Virus record (IMG/VR): IMGVR_UViG_3300036398_001591
Coordinates: 18,556 to 82,555 of that record
DNA: 64,000 nucleotides
Source of the DNA: a virus
Direction: 5' to 3' (one strand)
Below the pieces are notes generated by a model, which had not been told where the DNA came from, made no database searches, and saw only the letters and a program-made list of their open reading frames with translations. The translations under genes and the position numbers were made by a program. Every line of letters begins with the position of its first letter. Position 1 is the first letter of the stretch. Shown piece by piece: positions 5,584-14,486 of the stretch.

Positions 5584-6486
5584 TTAAACCTCAATAAATT
5601 GGAGTTGGAAATTATCAGCTTGTGCTTCGTAGTTGACATAACCACGTGGATTAGCAACAATACGTGTCGAGCCAATCATATAATCAAAATTATGGTGAGT
5701 GTGACCATGGGTCCACAGTTTGATTTGTGGATGATCCAAAATGAATTCAGACAAGTCTGAACTGTAAGCACCGTTTACCATAACATCATTTTCATATTGC
5801 GGCTTTGTAGATAACTTGGATGGAGCATGATGGCCAACAACAATCCAATTTTTGTCGGAATGTGAACCGATTGCTTCTCCCAATGCAACCAAAGTAGCCT
5901 TATGTTCTCTCACAGATTTTTCTGGAGAAAATTTTCCTGTGCGAGTATGAAACTCTTGACTGACAATGTTATCGTAGTCTGTACTTCCATCTTCTTTGGT
6001 ACCATATACTGGAGATTTAAAATGAACTAACTCATTACTATCTTCAATGATGCGATAATCATTCATGTAACCTTTAATACCATACAAGGTATTTGGATCT
6101 TCTTTGTTCATGTCTGTCCATAATGAAGCACCAAAGATCATCATACCATTGATATCAACGAATTCTTTTTCTAGAATATGAAGATTGACCAGATAACCAA
6201 GGTTAGTACGGAGATTTGTAAGAGACTTAGCAAAATCACCGTGATAATGTTCATGGTTTCCGAGAATGTAAATGACATGAGGAAATCTTGCAGAGCATTC
6301 TTGGAAGAATGTATGAATTTTATTAGACTTATCATTCTCACCTCGGAGGTTATAAGAATCACGGGCAAAGACTTCCTTGGCAATACAAATGTCACCAGAA
6401 AGAATCAACACCTCGGCGTTTTCGGTGTTCTCTAAGGAGATCGTACCGAATTCCAGGTGAACATCAGAACATAGAGCAACTTTCAT
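5584..6486 (-). CDS. Calcineurin-like metallophosphoesterase
   Basis: SDVHLE, GDI, GNHE, HHAP and HGHTH motifs. Confidence 0.9.
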   Translation of the reverse strand: MKVALCSDVHLEFGTISLENTENAEVLILSGDICIAKEVFARDSYNLRGENDKSNKIHTFFQECSARFPHVIYILGNHEHYHGDFAKSLTNLRTNLGYLVNLHILEKEFVDINGMMIFGASLWTDMNKEDPNTLYGIKGYMNDYRIIEDSNELVHFKSPVYGTKEDGSTDYDNIVSQEFHTRTGKFSPEKSVREHKATLVALGEAIGSHSDKNWIVVGHHAPSKLSTKPQYENDVMVNGAYSSDLSEFILDHPQIKLWTHGHTHHNFDYMIGSTRIVANPRGYVNYEAQADNFQLQFIEV

Positions 6487-6487
6487 T

Positions 6488-6643
6488 TTAATCTTTCTTC
6501 GTCTTAATACTTAACATACAACCAAGCGCCAACAAAAACCACCAAGGCGACCAATCATAAAATTGAACCAAACAAGCGGTACCAGAAAGTACAGCCAAAT
6601 TATAACACAAAACCATTGCAATGTCAAGCGAATTTTTATTCAT
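6488..6643 (-). CDS. Small membrane protein (51 aa)
   Basis: Hand translation MNKNSLDIAMVLCYNLAVLSGTACLVQFYDWSPWWFLLALGCMLSIKTKKD; fills the gap exactly. Confidence 0.65.
   Translation of the reverse strand: MNKNSLDIAMVLCYNLAVLSGTACLVQFYDWSPWWFLLALGCMLSIKTKKD
6599..6627 (-). promoter_or_regulatory. Consensus sigma70 promoter
   Basis: TTGACA-17-TATAAT. Confidence 0.8.
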
Positions 6644-6837
6644 TATGCTTTGACCTTTTCCAAGGAATCTTTCCGCATATAGTGAATAGTTTGTGTGTTT
6701 GATTGTGAGGGTGGTTGTTTTACAACCGGCAAGAATTCAACACCATCTATTTCTTTAGATGGCCAATGAGAATATGTATAATATACTTCTGTTTGAGAAA
6801 TTCTATTACGCATTTTAATTGGGTTATACATTTTCAT
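6643..6837 (-). CDS. Hypothetical protein (64 aa)
   Basis: ORF abutting its neighbours on the coding strand. Confidence 0.7.
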   Translation of the reverse strand: MKMYNPIKMRNRISQTEVYYTYSHWPSKEIDGVEFLPVVKQPPSQSNTQTIHYMRKDSLEKVKA

Positions 6838-6959
6838 AATCTAATCAGCATAATCAAAAAACAAACGGCAAGGATTCCAAAAGTAAATGTCCGACCCAAT
6901 AGTGCGCCTAGGAATGCACCTAAAACAAAAAGACTATATGAGGATAAGAAGATTTCCAT
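6834..6959 (-). CDS. Small hydrophobic protein (41 aa)
   Basis: MEIFLSSYSLFVLGAFLGALLGRTFTFGILAVCFLIMLIRL; ATGA overlap with the next gene. Confidence 0.6.
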   Translation of the reverse strand: MEIFLSSYSLFVLGAFLGALLGRTFTFGILAVCFLIMLIRL

Positions 6960-6984
6960 GTTAGAATCCAAGTTACTTACAAGG

Positions 6985-7013
6985 ATTCTAACAAACTCAC
7001 GTTACTTTGTCAA
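6985..7013 (-). promoter_or_regulatory. Sigma70 promoter
   Basis: TTGACA-17-TAGAAT at the end of hsp20. Confidence 0.7.
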
Positions 7014-7472
7014 GACTTCTGTTGTATTTTTGCTACAACCAATCTCAATTTTACGTGGTTTCTTTTCTTCTGGAATGATGTTTACCAGATTGATGACCAA
7101 TAAACCGTCAACGATATCAGCATCCTTAACAACAACGGTGTCGGATAGTACAAACTTATGGGAAAAATCTCTTGTACCGATACCACGGTGTAGATACTTA
7201 TCAGAGGTTCTTGTGGTCTTGATTGCTCCATTCACATAAAGTTTTCCACCTTCCGAAGTGATTTCGATTTCATCACGCTTGAAGCCAGAAACGGCAATTT
7301 CAATCGTGTAATGCTCATCATCTTCTTTAAGAATGTTGTACGGTGGATAGCTTTGAACCTTAGCACCTTGACCGAGAAGATTGTCGAATTCCTCGAAAGT
7401 GCTTAGTAGTCGGTCGAAACCAACGGTAGAAGGAAGCAAAGATTTGCCGTATGGCAATGATAGATGTGTCAT
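7002..7472 (-). CDS. hsp20: Small heat-shock protein Hsp20 (IbpA-like)
   Basis: VGFDRL, YPPYNI, YLHRGI and DGLLVI...IPEEKKPRKIEI motifs; follows regA. Confidence 0.93.
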   Translation of the reverse strand: MTHLSLPYGKSLLPSTVGFDRLLSTFEEFDNLLGQGAKVQSYPPYNILKEDDEHYTIEIAVSGFKRDEIEITSEGGKLYVNGAIKTTRTSDKYLHRGIGTRDFSHKFVLSDTVVVKDADIVDGLLVINLVNIIPEEKKPRKIEIGCSKNTTEVLTK

Positions 7473-7477
7473 AGTTT

Positions 7478-7618
7478 TCTCCTAAAAGCGAGTTAATTAA
7501 AATTACTACCCCGAAGGCATAGTAGTCCTGCTTACTTAATACAGGGTCAACTAACGGGTGACAGTGCAATTGCCCGGACGCCTTTTACCGTAGCATCAAA
7601 CAGCCCTAAGGTGGGCTC
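7478..7618 (-). ncRNA. Structured 5' leader of hsp20 (candidate cis-regulatory RNA)
   Basis: GC-rich 140-nt intergenic region with five consecutive hairpins preceding the AGGAG RBS. Confidence 0.55.
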
Positions 7619-7621
7619 TTT

Positions 7622-8035
7622 TTATTTATCCAAGGATTGTGGTTTTTTGCTACCAATGTTATACTTTGGTACAAGTTGCCAATCGTTCTTCTCTTTGTGA
7701 GACAGAATCTTAATCTGAGATAAAGAGACTGTTGGCTCCACAGTCTGGTCTTTTTTGACAATCTTAATGAGTTCCCAATCTTCTAATAGGTTGGCTACCG
7801 TATTTCTCCGAGCAATATCGTTCTCGGTCAAATCCGTTGGTTTACCATCCAAAGAAAAAAGTTCTTTAAAATGCACGATGTAATACTTACCTTGCTTATG
7901 TAGAATGTGGCAAGATTGGTAAAGTATTTTTTCTTTTTTGGATGCAACACCAATGCGTGTAAGAGTTTCACGTACTTTTAAAAAGTCGTCTTTTTCACCT
8001 AGTGTCACCTCCACCATATCTTCTATTTTAATCAT
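7622..8035 (-). CDS. regA: Translational repressor RegA
   Basis: DDFLKVRETLTRIG and LYQSCHILHKQGKYYIVHFKELF. Confidence 0.96.
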   Translation of the reverse strand: MIKIEDMVEVTLGEKDDFLKVRETLTRIGVASKKEKILYQSCHILHKQGKYYIVHFKELFSLDGKPTDLTENDIARRNTVANLLEDWELIKIVKKDQTVEPTVSLSQIKILSHKEKNDWQLVPKYNIGSKKPQSLDK

Positions 8036-8418
8036 TATTTCTTCACTCCGCCTTTATCTAGTTTTTCTTTTATCAAAGCGATTTGTTCATCCGATAGAAT
8101 ACGTAATGCTTCTTTGGCCTTTTCGTTGGAATAACCAAAGTATTCTTTAACACACTCTAAATCCTTAACCGCTGCCTGTTTTTGCCAGGCGTGAAACTTG
8201 CGTTTCATAGGTCTAATTGTATTTAGAAGATATTGGAATTGTAAAGTTTCTGGTAGATGATGATTCATATTCAACTCATTTACATATAAAATGCAATCGA
8301 GTTGATATGAGAGTGAACGATTAATAAGAAAGGGTTTATATGATTTGAAATCTAATTCTTCATCAGAAAACTTATTTCTTTTGTTTAGAATTACTTCAAC
8401 AAAATCAAATGGACTCAT
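8035..8418 (-). CDS. gp62: Clamp loader small subunit
   Basis: YKPFLINRSLS and VKEYFGYSNEKAKEAL; synteny. Confidence 0.92.
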   Translation of the reverse strand: MSPFDFVEVILNKRNKFSDEELDFKSYKPFLINRSLSYQLDCILYVNELNMNHHLPETLQFQYLLNTIRPMKRKFHAWQKQAAVKDLECVKEYFGYSNEKAKEALRILSDEQIALIKEKLDKGGVKK

Positions 8419-8425
8419 ATCATTC

Positions 8426-9364
8426 TCACTTAAAAGAACAATCAGCCATCAATTCTGTTAAGAATGCCATCAGATTAATCTCTTGGTCTGCAACAAATGC
8501 AGACTGATACTGATATTTTGCAAGATGTAAAACTGCTTGAGGAATACTATCTGGTGTCATAACATCATAGAGAGACTCATAAATCTTCCTGAAAATGGAA
8601 GCAGAATCAGAATCAATGTTATTGATAACCCACTTTCGAGCCAGACCAAAGTCTTTCTCTTTTACAGCTTTAATCAAATCTGAAATTTGTAGGTCGGACA
8701 CAGACGCAAGAATGCCCTTGTCAATCGTACCTCCAACAGAATAACGCTGTAGTTCATTGAGAACACGGCGGTTATCTGGAAAGTGTTTTGTAATGACTGA
8801 GGCAACAACTTGCTTATCATATACAATGTTCTCTTGTTCAAGAATCCATTCCACACGTTTGAAGAACTGTGCGGCCATCTTTGCTTTTTGACCATTCTGA
8901 ATCTTAAATTCAACCACAGAACAACGAGAGTGCAGTGGATCAATGATACGATTCTTGAAGTTACAAGTAAAGATGAAAGAACAGTTAATTGCGAATTCTT
9001 CCATAGCACCACGAAGTGCAGGCTGTGTGGAATTGGGATTTAGGTAATCTGCTTCATCGATAATGATGACCTTGCGGCCACCAGAAAGACTCATTGATGA
9101 GGCATAATTTTTGATTTTGTTACGGAATGTGTCAATGCCGCTTTCGTCCGACCCGTTGATGACGATGTAATCACACCCGACTTCTTCACATAGTGCTTTT
9201 GCGATTGTAGTTTTGCCAACCCCTGCGGATCCAGCAAGTAACAAATTTGGGATTTCTTTTCTGTTGACATATTCCTGAAACGTAGATTTAATAGAATCCG
9301 GAAGAATACAGTCCTCGATTTTATGAGGACGATACTTTTCCACCCATAACATTTGTTCGCTCAT
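8426..9364 (-). CDS. gp44: Clamp loader large subunit (AAA+)
   Basis: WVEKYRP, GVGKTT, IIDEAD and SRC motifs. Confidence 0.96.
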   Translation of the reverse strand: MSEQMLWVEKYRPHKIEDCILPDSIKSTFQEYVNRKEIPNLLLAGSAGVGKTTIAKALCEEVGCDYIVINGSDESGIDTFRNKIKNYASSMSLSGGRKVIIIDEADYLNPNSTQPALRGAMEEFAINCSFIFTCNFKNRIIDPLHSRCSVVEFKIQNGQKAKMAAQFFKRVEWILEQENIVYDKQVVASVITKHFPDNRRVLNELQRYSVGGTIDKGILASVSDLQISDLIKAVKEKDFGLARKWVINNIDSDSASIFRKIYESLYDVMTPDSIPQAVLHLAKYQYQSAFVADQEINLMAFLTELMADCSFK

Positions 9365-9387
9365 TCAAATTCTCCATAATATAATAA

Positions 9388-9648
9388 TTAAAAGGGAGAG
9401 CCATCATGCCACTCCCAACCTAAACATAGTTTCATCATTGTTCTATGAAACCAGTTTGGTTTTTTCTCCAAAGAAACACTGAGACCACCGTTTCCGCCGA
9501 TTCGATAAGAGCCTTCATATTTTGGCACTATGGTGAAACTGTATGGATCATTCACGTGAATGTTTGTGTATGTCCAAGAATTTGCGAATGTCCAAGAATT
9601 TTCAAGTGTAGATTCGGATATTTCTATGGTCGAGTTTGCTTCAATCAT
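9388..9648 (-). CDS. Hypothetical protein (86 aa)
   Basis: ORF with KKPNWFHRTMMKLCLGWEW C-terminus. Confidence 0.7.
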   Translation of the reverse strand: MIEANSTIEISESTLENSWTFANSWTYTNIHVNDPYSFTIVPKYEGSYRIGGNGGLSVSLEKKPNWFHRTMMKLCLGWEWHDGSPF

Positions 9649-9920
9649 TTTGTTTCAGTCATTCCAATATAAAGTGCTTCAAACTCATTATCTTCAGTAA
9701 CTTCTTCTTGGAAAGATTGTTTGTGATGCGTCTTTGCCATACGGCGAAGAACCTTTTTTGGAATTTTAAAGTTATCATAGAGTGCATCGATAACGTCTTT
9801 GATAGCTTCTTTGTGTGAATCAATTACCGACATTTCATTTGAAATTTCAGAAAGAGCATCACGAATAGATTTTAGTTGGTTCTCATCAAAAGAACCATAG
9901 AGGGTAGTCACCGCAGTCAT
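9645..9920 (-). CDS. Putative dsDNA-binding protein (T4 DsbA-like)
   Basis: Helical 91-aa protein, IPKKVLRRMAKTHHKQSF...EFEALY; synteny after gp45. Confidence 0.6.
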   Translation of the reverse strand: MTAVTTLYGSFDENQLKSIRDALSEISNEMSVIDSHKEAIKDVIDALYDNFKIPKKVLRRMAKTHHKQSFQEEVTEDNEFEALYIGMTETK

Positions 9921-9922
9921 AA

Positions 9923-10606
9923 TTATTCTCCGTACTTAGAACCAGTTTCAGTAGTCACCCAATATTCAACAGGAACAGTTGTGTTCTTGAAATGACCGAT
10001 ACCTTTAGAAGCAATAGTAACTTCATATGCACCATGAACAAAACGCAGGTTTTCAGTAGCAAAGACCATACGATACTTTGTGCCGTTACCTGCCACATTT
10101 AGTGTTGTTGAGTTGACATGTGATGCATCATCTTTTGCATCAAAAGTTTCGATTGTGCAGGTTTCACCATTAGAAACAAAAGCAATGTTAGGAGAACCAA
10201 GTGCTGATGCAACTTTAGAAATCCATTCTAGGTCTTGTGCATCAAGTGAGAATTTAATCTCTGCATTTTCCATAGAGATAGTCTTATCAGGCGGAACAAG
10301 AATAGTTTCTTTAGCCGCTTTGCGGTACTTGGTGCTAGAACGACCACCAAGGCCTTTGATGACAATGTTCTTTTCTTCAACTTCAATTTCAGGTTGTGCA
10401 TCACGTGCTAGTGTGAGAGTGCCCAAGAAATTGTTGAGGTCGTGAATGCCAAATTCCGATTCGAACGTGTCGGTCAATTCTGCTCTCGCAAGAATGTTTT
10501 TTTGTTTAGAGATGGTTTCAATAACATTACCCGGCTTAACATAGATACCCTCATTAATCGTGGCAAAGTTTTTAAAAATACTCATTGTATTTGTGGAAAG
10601 TTTCAT
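9923..10606 (-). CDS. gp45: Sliding clamp
   Basis: MKLS..T..IFKNFATIN and FGIHDLNNFL. Confidence 0.94.
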   Translation of the reverse strand: MKLSTNTMSIFKNFATINEGIYVKPGNVIETISKQKNILARAELTDTFESEFGIHDLNNFLGTLTLARDAQPEIEVEEKNIVIKGLGGRSSTKYRKAAKETILVPPDKTISMENAEIKFSLDAQDLEWISKVASALGSPNIAFVSNGETCTIETFDAKDDASHVNSTTLNVAGNGTKYRMVFATENLRFVHGAYEVTIASKGIGHFKNTTVPVEYWVTTETGSKYGE

Positions 10607-10617
10607 AACAATACTCC

Positions 10618-11268
10618 TTAAGTAGGTTCACGAATTATATCAGTTCCGAAGGAACTAATCAAGCAATTCTTCAATTTTTTCTTTAAGTCTTCCAGACTTC
10701 CATCGTTGTCGATGGTGTGGTCAATATCACCACCAACCCATCTCCATTCCGATTCATGTACACCAGATTGGTTAATCATAAATGCTTCAGCTTTGTGGTC
10801 ATCACGATTTGCTTTTGCCGCAATTTCATACCAATGTGGTGTGATGCCACGTTTAATTTCAATTAATGTGCCACCGTGTTTGTTGATAAAAGAAATTTCA
10901 TTCTGAAATCTAACATCAGTGATAACAAAATTTTGTTCGGGTGCGTTGTCAATGTAGTTTTTCAACTTAATCACCCAAAAATCTTTATGAAATACATCAC
11001 GACCAACTTCTGTACCCATTAATTGTAAAGCATAACGGGGGGTGAATTCTTTTCCGAATTCGTATGACCAGAAATCGTCCGGCTTTTCTCGCCATTCACG
11101 GGAATGTTGTGTATCACCTTCCAATAAATGACGAGGCCAACCAAACATTTCTGCTGTAACATCCTTAACTCCTTTTGCAAAGGATACAGGTGTGAAACCC
11201 ATATCTTTAAGGATGTCACCTGCCGTACCTTTACCTGAACCAATAAATCCAAGTAAACCTACGATCAT
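10618..11268 (-). CDS. gp1: Deoxynucleoside monophosphate kinase
   Basis: GFIGSGKGT, TPRYALQLMGTE, ITDVRFQNE and HESE. Confidence 0.92.
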   Translation of the reverse strand: MIVGLLGFIGSGKGTAGDILKDMGFTPVSFAKGVKDVTAEMFGWPRHLLEGDTQHSREWREKPDDFWSYEFGKEFTPRYALQLMGTEVGRDVFHKDFWVIKLKNYIDNAPEQNFVITDVRFQNEISFINKHGGTLIEIKRGITPHWYEIAAKANRDDHKAEAFMINQSGVHESEWRWVGGDIDHTIDNDGSLEDLKKKLKNCLISSFGTDIIREPT

Positions 11269-12065
11269 TACATTTCTCCGACAAAGTTCGCAACGGCAGG
11301 CATGTCACCTTGAAAATGGTAAGTACCAATGTGTTGTGTACGCATCCATGGGCATAGCCAGATTTGACCACCCATATTACGCCACCATTGGCAGAACATG
11401 TAATCTTCGGAGAGATAACGCTCCGACTTTGGATCAATCACGGTATCAAAGTATGCATGAATGTAGCGTGAACCATCAAAGTGTGCTTGACCAACGTGGT
11501 CTGGCTTGTACTTGAGATGTGGATATTGTTCTGCAAATTTAGGGAACACTTCACGCTTAATCATCATAAAACCGGTACCGATTTCCATGACTTCAAGTGG
11601 TTCAGACACAGAGAATTGTGCGGTACCCTTAACTGGGTTGAAAACATAATCACCAGTAACTTTTTCGAGGACATGTGGTTCAATGTCGGGATGCATTTGA
11701 ACTGCCTTCTTGACGTTACCCCATTTGATAGCCTTCTTAGGATAAGGACCACCAATAACATCTTTATCTAGTGCCAACAATGCAATCACATCTTGTGGAT
11801 TGAAGTTGATATCAGAATCGATAAACAACATATGTGTACAATCAGAACGATTTAGGAATTCATCCACCAAATAGTTCCTTGCACGTGTAATCAAAGACTC
11901 ATTGAACAAGAATGAGAACTTGACTTCGATACCATATTGAATACACATACCTTGTAGATCAAGACATGCCTTCATATAGAGTCCATGGTTTTGCCCACCA
12001 TACATCGGTGTGGCTACAAACAACTTATGTTTTCTAAGTTCGTCTGTTTTAATTTGAATTTCCAT
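11268..12065 (-). CDS. GT-A-like glycosyltransferase/conserved phage protein
   Basis: FVATPMYGG, ESLITRARN, LFIDSDI (DxD), GTGFMMI and LSEDY. Confidence 0.7.
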   Translation of the reverse strand: MEIQIKTDELRKHKLFVATPMYGGQNHGLYMKACLDLQGMCIQYGIEVKFSFLFNESLITRARNYLVDEFLNRSDCTHMLFIDSDINFNPQDVIALLALDKDVIGGPYPKKAIKWGNVKKAVQMHPDIEPHVLEKVTGDYVFNPVKGTAQFSVSEPLEVMEIGTGFMMIKREVFPKFAEQYPHLKYKPDHVGQAHFDGSRYIHAYFDTVIDPKSERYLSEDYMFCQWWRNMGGQIWLCPWMRTQHIGTYHFQGDMPAVANFVGEM

Positions 12066-12077
12066 TTGTGCTCCAAA

Positions 12078-12117
12078 AATAAAAAAAAGGAGAGACCATT
12101 AAAAAATGGTACTCTCC
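12078..12117 (-). terminator. Rho-independent terminator
   Basis: GGAGAG(T)ACCATT/AATGGTCTCTCC hairpin followed by a T tract. Confidence 0.75.
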
Positions 12118-12132
12118 AGTATCAAACCAAAA

Positions 12133-12405
12133 TTAAGCGGTTTGTGGACGAACGCCCATAGCACGGCATTGTGCTTTGAAAGACTTGGAAGGAGTTCCAA
12201 GACGATAGATAGCAACCTTAGAGCCATCAGCACGTGACTTAATGTTGGTGTAGATAGCATAGCCTTCGTTACGCAATTCAGCAATACGTGCGGCAACGTT
12301 AGTGATGCCAAAGCGTGAGCGAGCCTGTGCTACGCTGAATGTATTGTAACCTTCCTTCTTGGTCAAGGTTTGCAACATTTTTTCCTTAGCGGATACTTTT
12401 TTCAT
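12133..12405 (-). CDS. Winged helix-turn-helix protein
   Basis: NVAARIAELRNEGYAI wHTH signature; own promoter and terminator; start chosen from the GGAG RBS. Confidence 0.75.
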   Translation of the reverse strand: MKKVSAKEKMLQTLTKKEGYNTFSVAQARSRFGITNVAARIAELRNEGYAIYTNIKSRADGSKVAIYRLGTPSKSFKAQCRAMGVRPQTA

Positions 12406-12454
12406 AATAAACTCCATTTTAAAGTTAAGAACACTGCTCATACGAGCAAATCAC

Positions 12455-12483
12455 AGTATACAATTATGTAGGATAAAAGTCAA
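12455..12483 (-). promoter_or_regulatory. Sigma70 promoter
   Basis: TTGACT-17-TATACT. Confidence 0.75.
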
Positions 12484-12508
12484 GTGTTTTAGTGGCACAC
12501 TTGAGAAT

Positions 12509-13864
12509 TTACCGTCCTACTTGCGGCAAATATTTGGATTTGGTTTCTTCCCAAGTCATGTAAACCAGGTCGTCATAGAAAAGAGTTTCATATGAAACAT
12601 TGTTCTTCTTTTGCAGTTGGCGAATACGACCTTTGGCATATTTGTTCTTCCAGAGTTCCGAAAGGGCTTCTTCGGAAGTGTCGAACGACTTAATGAGTTG
12701 GTCTTCCGTGATTTCTCCACGGAGAAACTCATTGGTATTATTGTAGAGTGGTGAGAAGTAGATACCACGTTGGTGCGCTGTACGTGTCAACTCTTTTGGA
12801 ATACCAAGTTTCGGGTACAAGAAGTGTAGTGAACGATTCTTGTGGTCACGTTTGAAAGGAAGACCCTTATCATTCTTGGCTTCCCACCACTCAAAGTATT
12901 TCTCTGTGTGGTTTTCTTTCAGCCAATTCCAAAGCATGTTTAGCGTAGACTTACGGGGTTCGAAAGCAACCGAACCAGATGAGAAACCCATTTTATTCCA
13001 GTGTTCAAGGCCATCGTACTGAGAAAGACCACCAGACTTAGTATTTCCATATAGAGAAGTGGTTGTAACACCGGCAAGAACATCACCGTACTTTTCTTTC
13101 CACAAACGTTGAACTGTGTCAGAGAGGCAAAGCAATGCAAGAAGTTTACCGCCCATGTAATTGAAACCGAGAGGCTGAAGTGGAACAATAGATGAACCGA
13201 TTGCAGTATGATTAATCATACCACCTTGAGTTTTCTTTTCACGTTCCCAACCAATAGCGGTATCACGTGGTGTCAAATCTAGGAAATCGGAAGAAATACA
13301 AACGACACCAAGGTACTTACCAGTCACATCATCTTTGACAATGAAGTTGAGATTGCGACCAATGTTTGAGTTGTTCTTCATCGTGGAGATAAAGGTACGT
13401 GTCGTGTTCCATAATATAGGAAGGTCTTTGGTGCGCTTTTTGTCGCTTTTTATGGTCGTACCGTCAATTCCTGTCGTGATTTTGTGTCCGGAGTCATCAG
13501 TGAATTCCATAACAGGACGCAAGTTCATAAAGTCATCAGGTGATTCTGGTATCCAGATGTTGCTCTTAGCAATGTCGATGTACTTACCCTGTTCTTCGTC
13601 AACAAGAACCTTCTCATCACCCCAAAAAGTGTTGTTTGTTTTTGTGGGAAACTTTTCTTGGATTTCACACCACTTCTGAAACAAAGTATATTCTTTAACG
13701 TCCATGTTGGACGCATAGGTCAAATCTTCTGTGAGAACTTTTTTCAGTTCTTCGGTATCAACATGTTCAAATGAACTTTTTGGATTCTTTTCGGACCATT
13801 CTTCCCACTGTTTCTGCACATGTGTGGGCCACTTTTCGTTCTCAATATCAGAATCGTTTGACAT
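12509..13864 (-). CDS. DUF4338 (Druantia DruA-like) protein
   Basis: LTPRD..IGW, PLGFNYMGGKLLALL, TTTSLYG and SQY motifs. Confidence 0.7.
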   Translation of the reverse strand: MSNDSDIENEKWPTHVQKQWEEWSEKNPKSSFEHVDTEELKKVLTEDLTYASNMDVKEYTLFQKWCEIQEKFPTKTNNTFWGDEKVLVDEEQGKYIDIAKSNIWIPESPDDFMNLRPVMEFTDDSGHKITTGIDGTTIKSDKKRTKDLPILWNTTRTFISTMKNNSNIGRNLNFIVKDDVTGKYLGVVCISSDFLDLTPRDTAIGWEREKKTQGGMINHTAIGSSIVPLQPLGFNYMGGKLLALLCLSDTVQRLWKEKYGDVLAGVTTTSLYGNTKSGGLSQYDGLEHWNKMGFSSGSVAFEPRKSTLNMLWNWLKENHTEKYFEWWEAKNDKGLPFKRDHKNRSLHFLYPKLGIPKELTRTAHQRGIYFSPLYNNTNEFLRGEITEDQLIKSFDTSEEALSELWKNKYAKGRIRQLQKKNNVSYETLFYDDLVYMTWEETKSKYLPQVGR

Positions 13865-14486
13865 TAAATTTTTCTTTCACCTTGTTAATCATCATTTTTT
13901 GCATCTTGCGTCTTTGCTCGGCAAGTTTAGAACGCTTCTTCATTGCCATTTGCATAGCCAAGGGCTTCACATGCATAGTGTACACTATTCCGTTCATGTG
14001 GTCAAGTTCATGTTGGAAGCAACGTGCAGTTATTCCGGCAAACTTTGCTGTTTTGGTAGCACCGGTGAAATCTTGGTATTCAACTTCAATTACGGATGGA
14101 CGTTCAATGTTTAGGAATAAATCCATATAAGAAAGGCACCCTTCTTCCATTCTGGTTGTTTCTTCTGAAACAGAAATGATTTTTGGATTAAAGAATGCAA
14201 CGTATTCATCACCTGAACCCATAACAAACACACGATAGTTGTACCCACATTGGTTTGCGGAAAGACCCAAACCATTGTATTTCTTACAAGTTTCAACAAG
14301 TGAACTGGCAAATTCGGCCGGATTAACTGGTGGATTAGCAAAGTCAAACTCCGGTAGTTTGGATTTTAATTCGGGATGAGTTTCAGGTACGAGAGGAAAA
14401 ATTTCAATCTTTTTGGAGATTGTAGGTAAATCTTTTTTCCAAGAATCGGTATCAATTACTAAAACATCTTTTTTTACATCATTCAT
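13848..14486 (-). CDS. def: Peptide deformylase
   Basis: GLGLSANQ, EGCLS and QHELDH motifs. Confidence 0.95.
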   Translation of the reverse strand: MNDVKKDVLVIDTDSWKKDLPTISKKIEIFPLVPETHPELKSKLPEFDFANPPVNPAEFASSLVETCKKYNGLGLSANQCGYNYRVFVMGSGDEYVAFFNPKIISVSEETTRMEEGCLSYMDLFLNIERPSVIEVEYQDFTGATKTAKFAGITARCFQHELDHMNGIVYTMHVKPLAMQMAMKKRSKLAEQRRKMQKMMINKVKEKFNVKRF

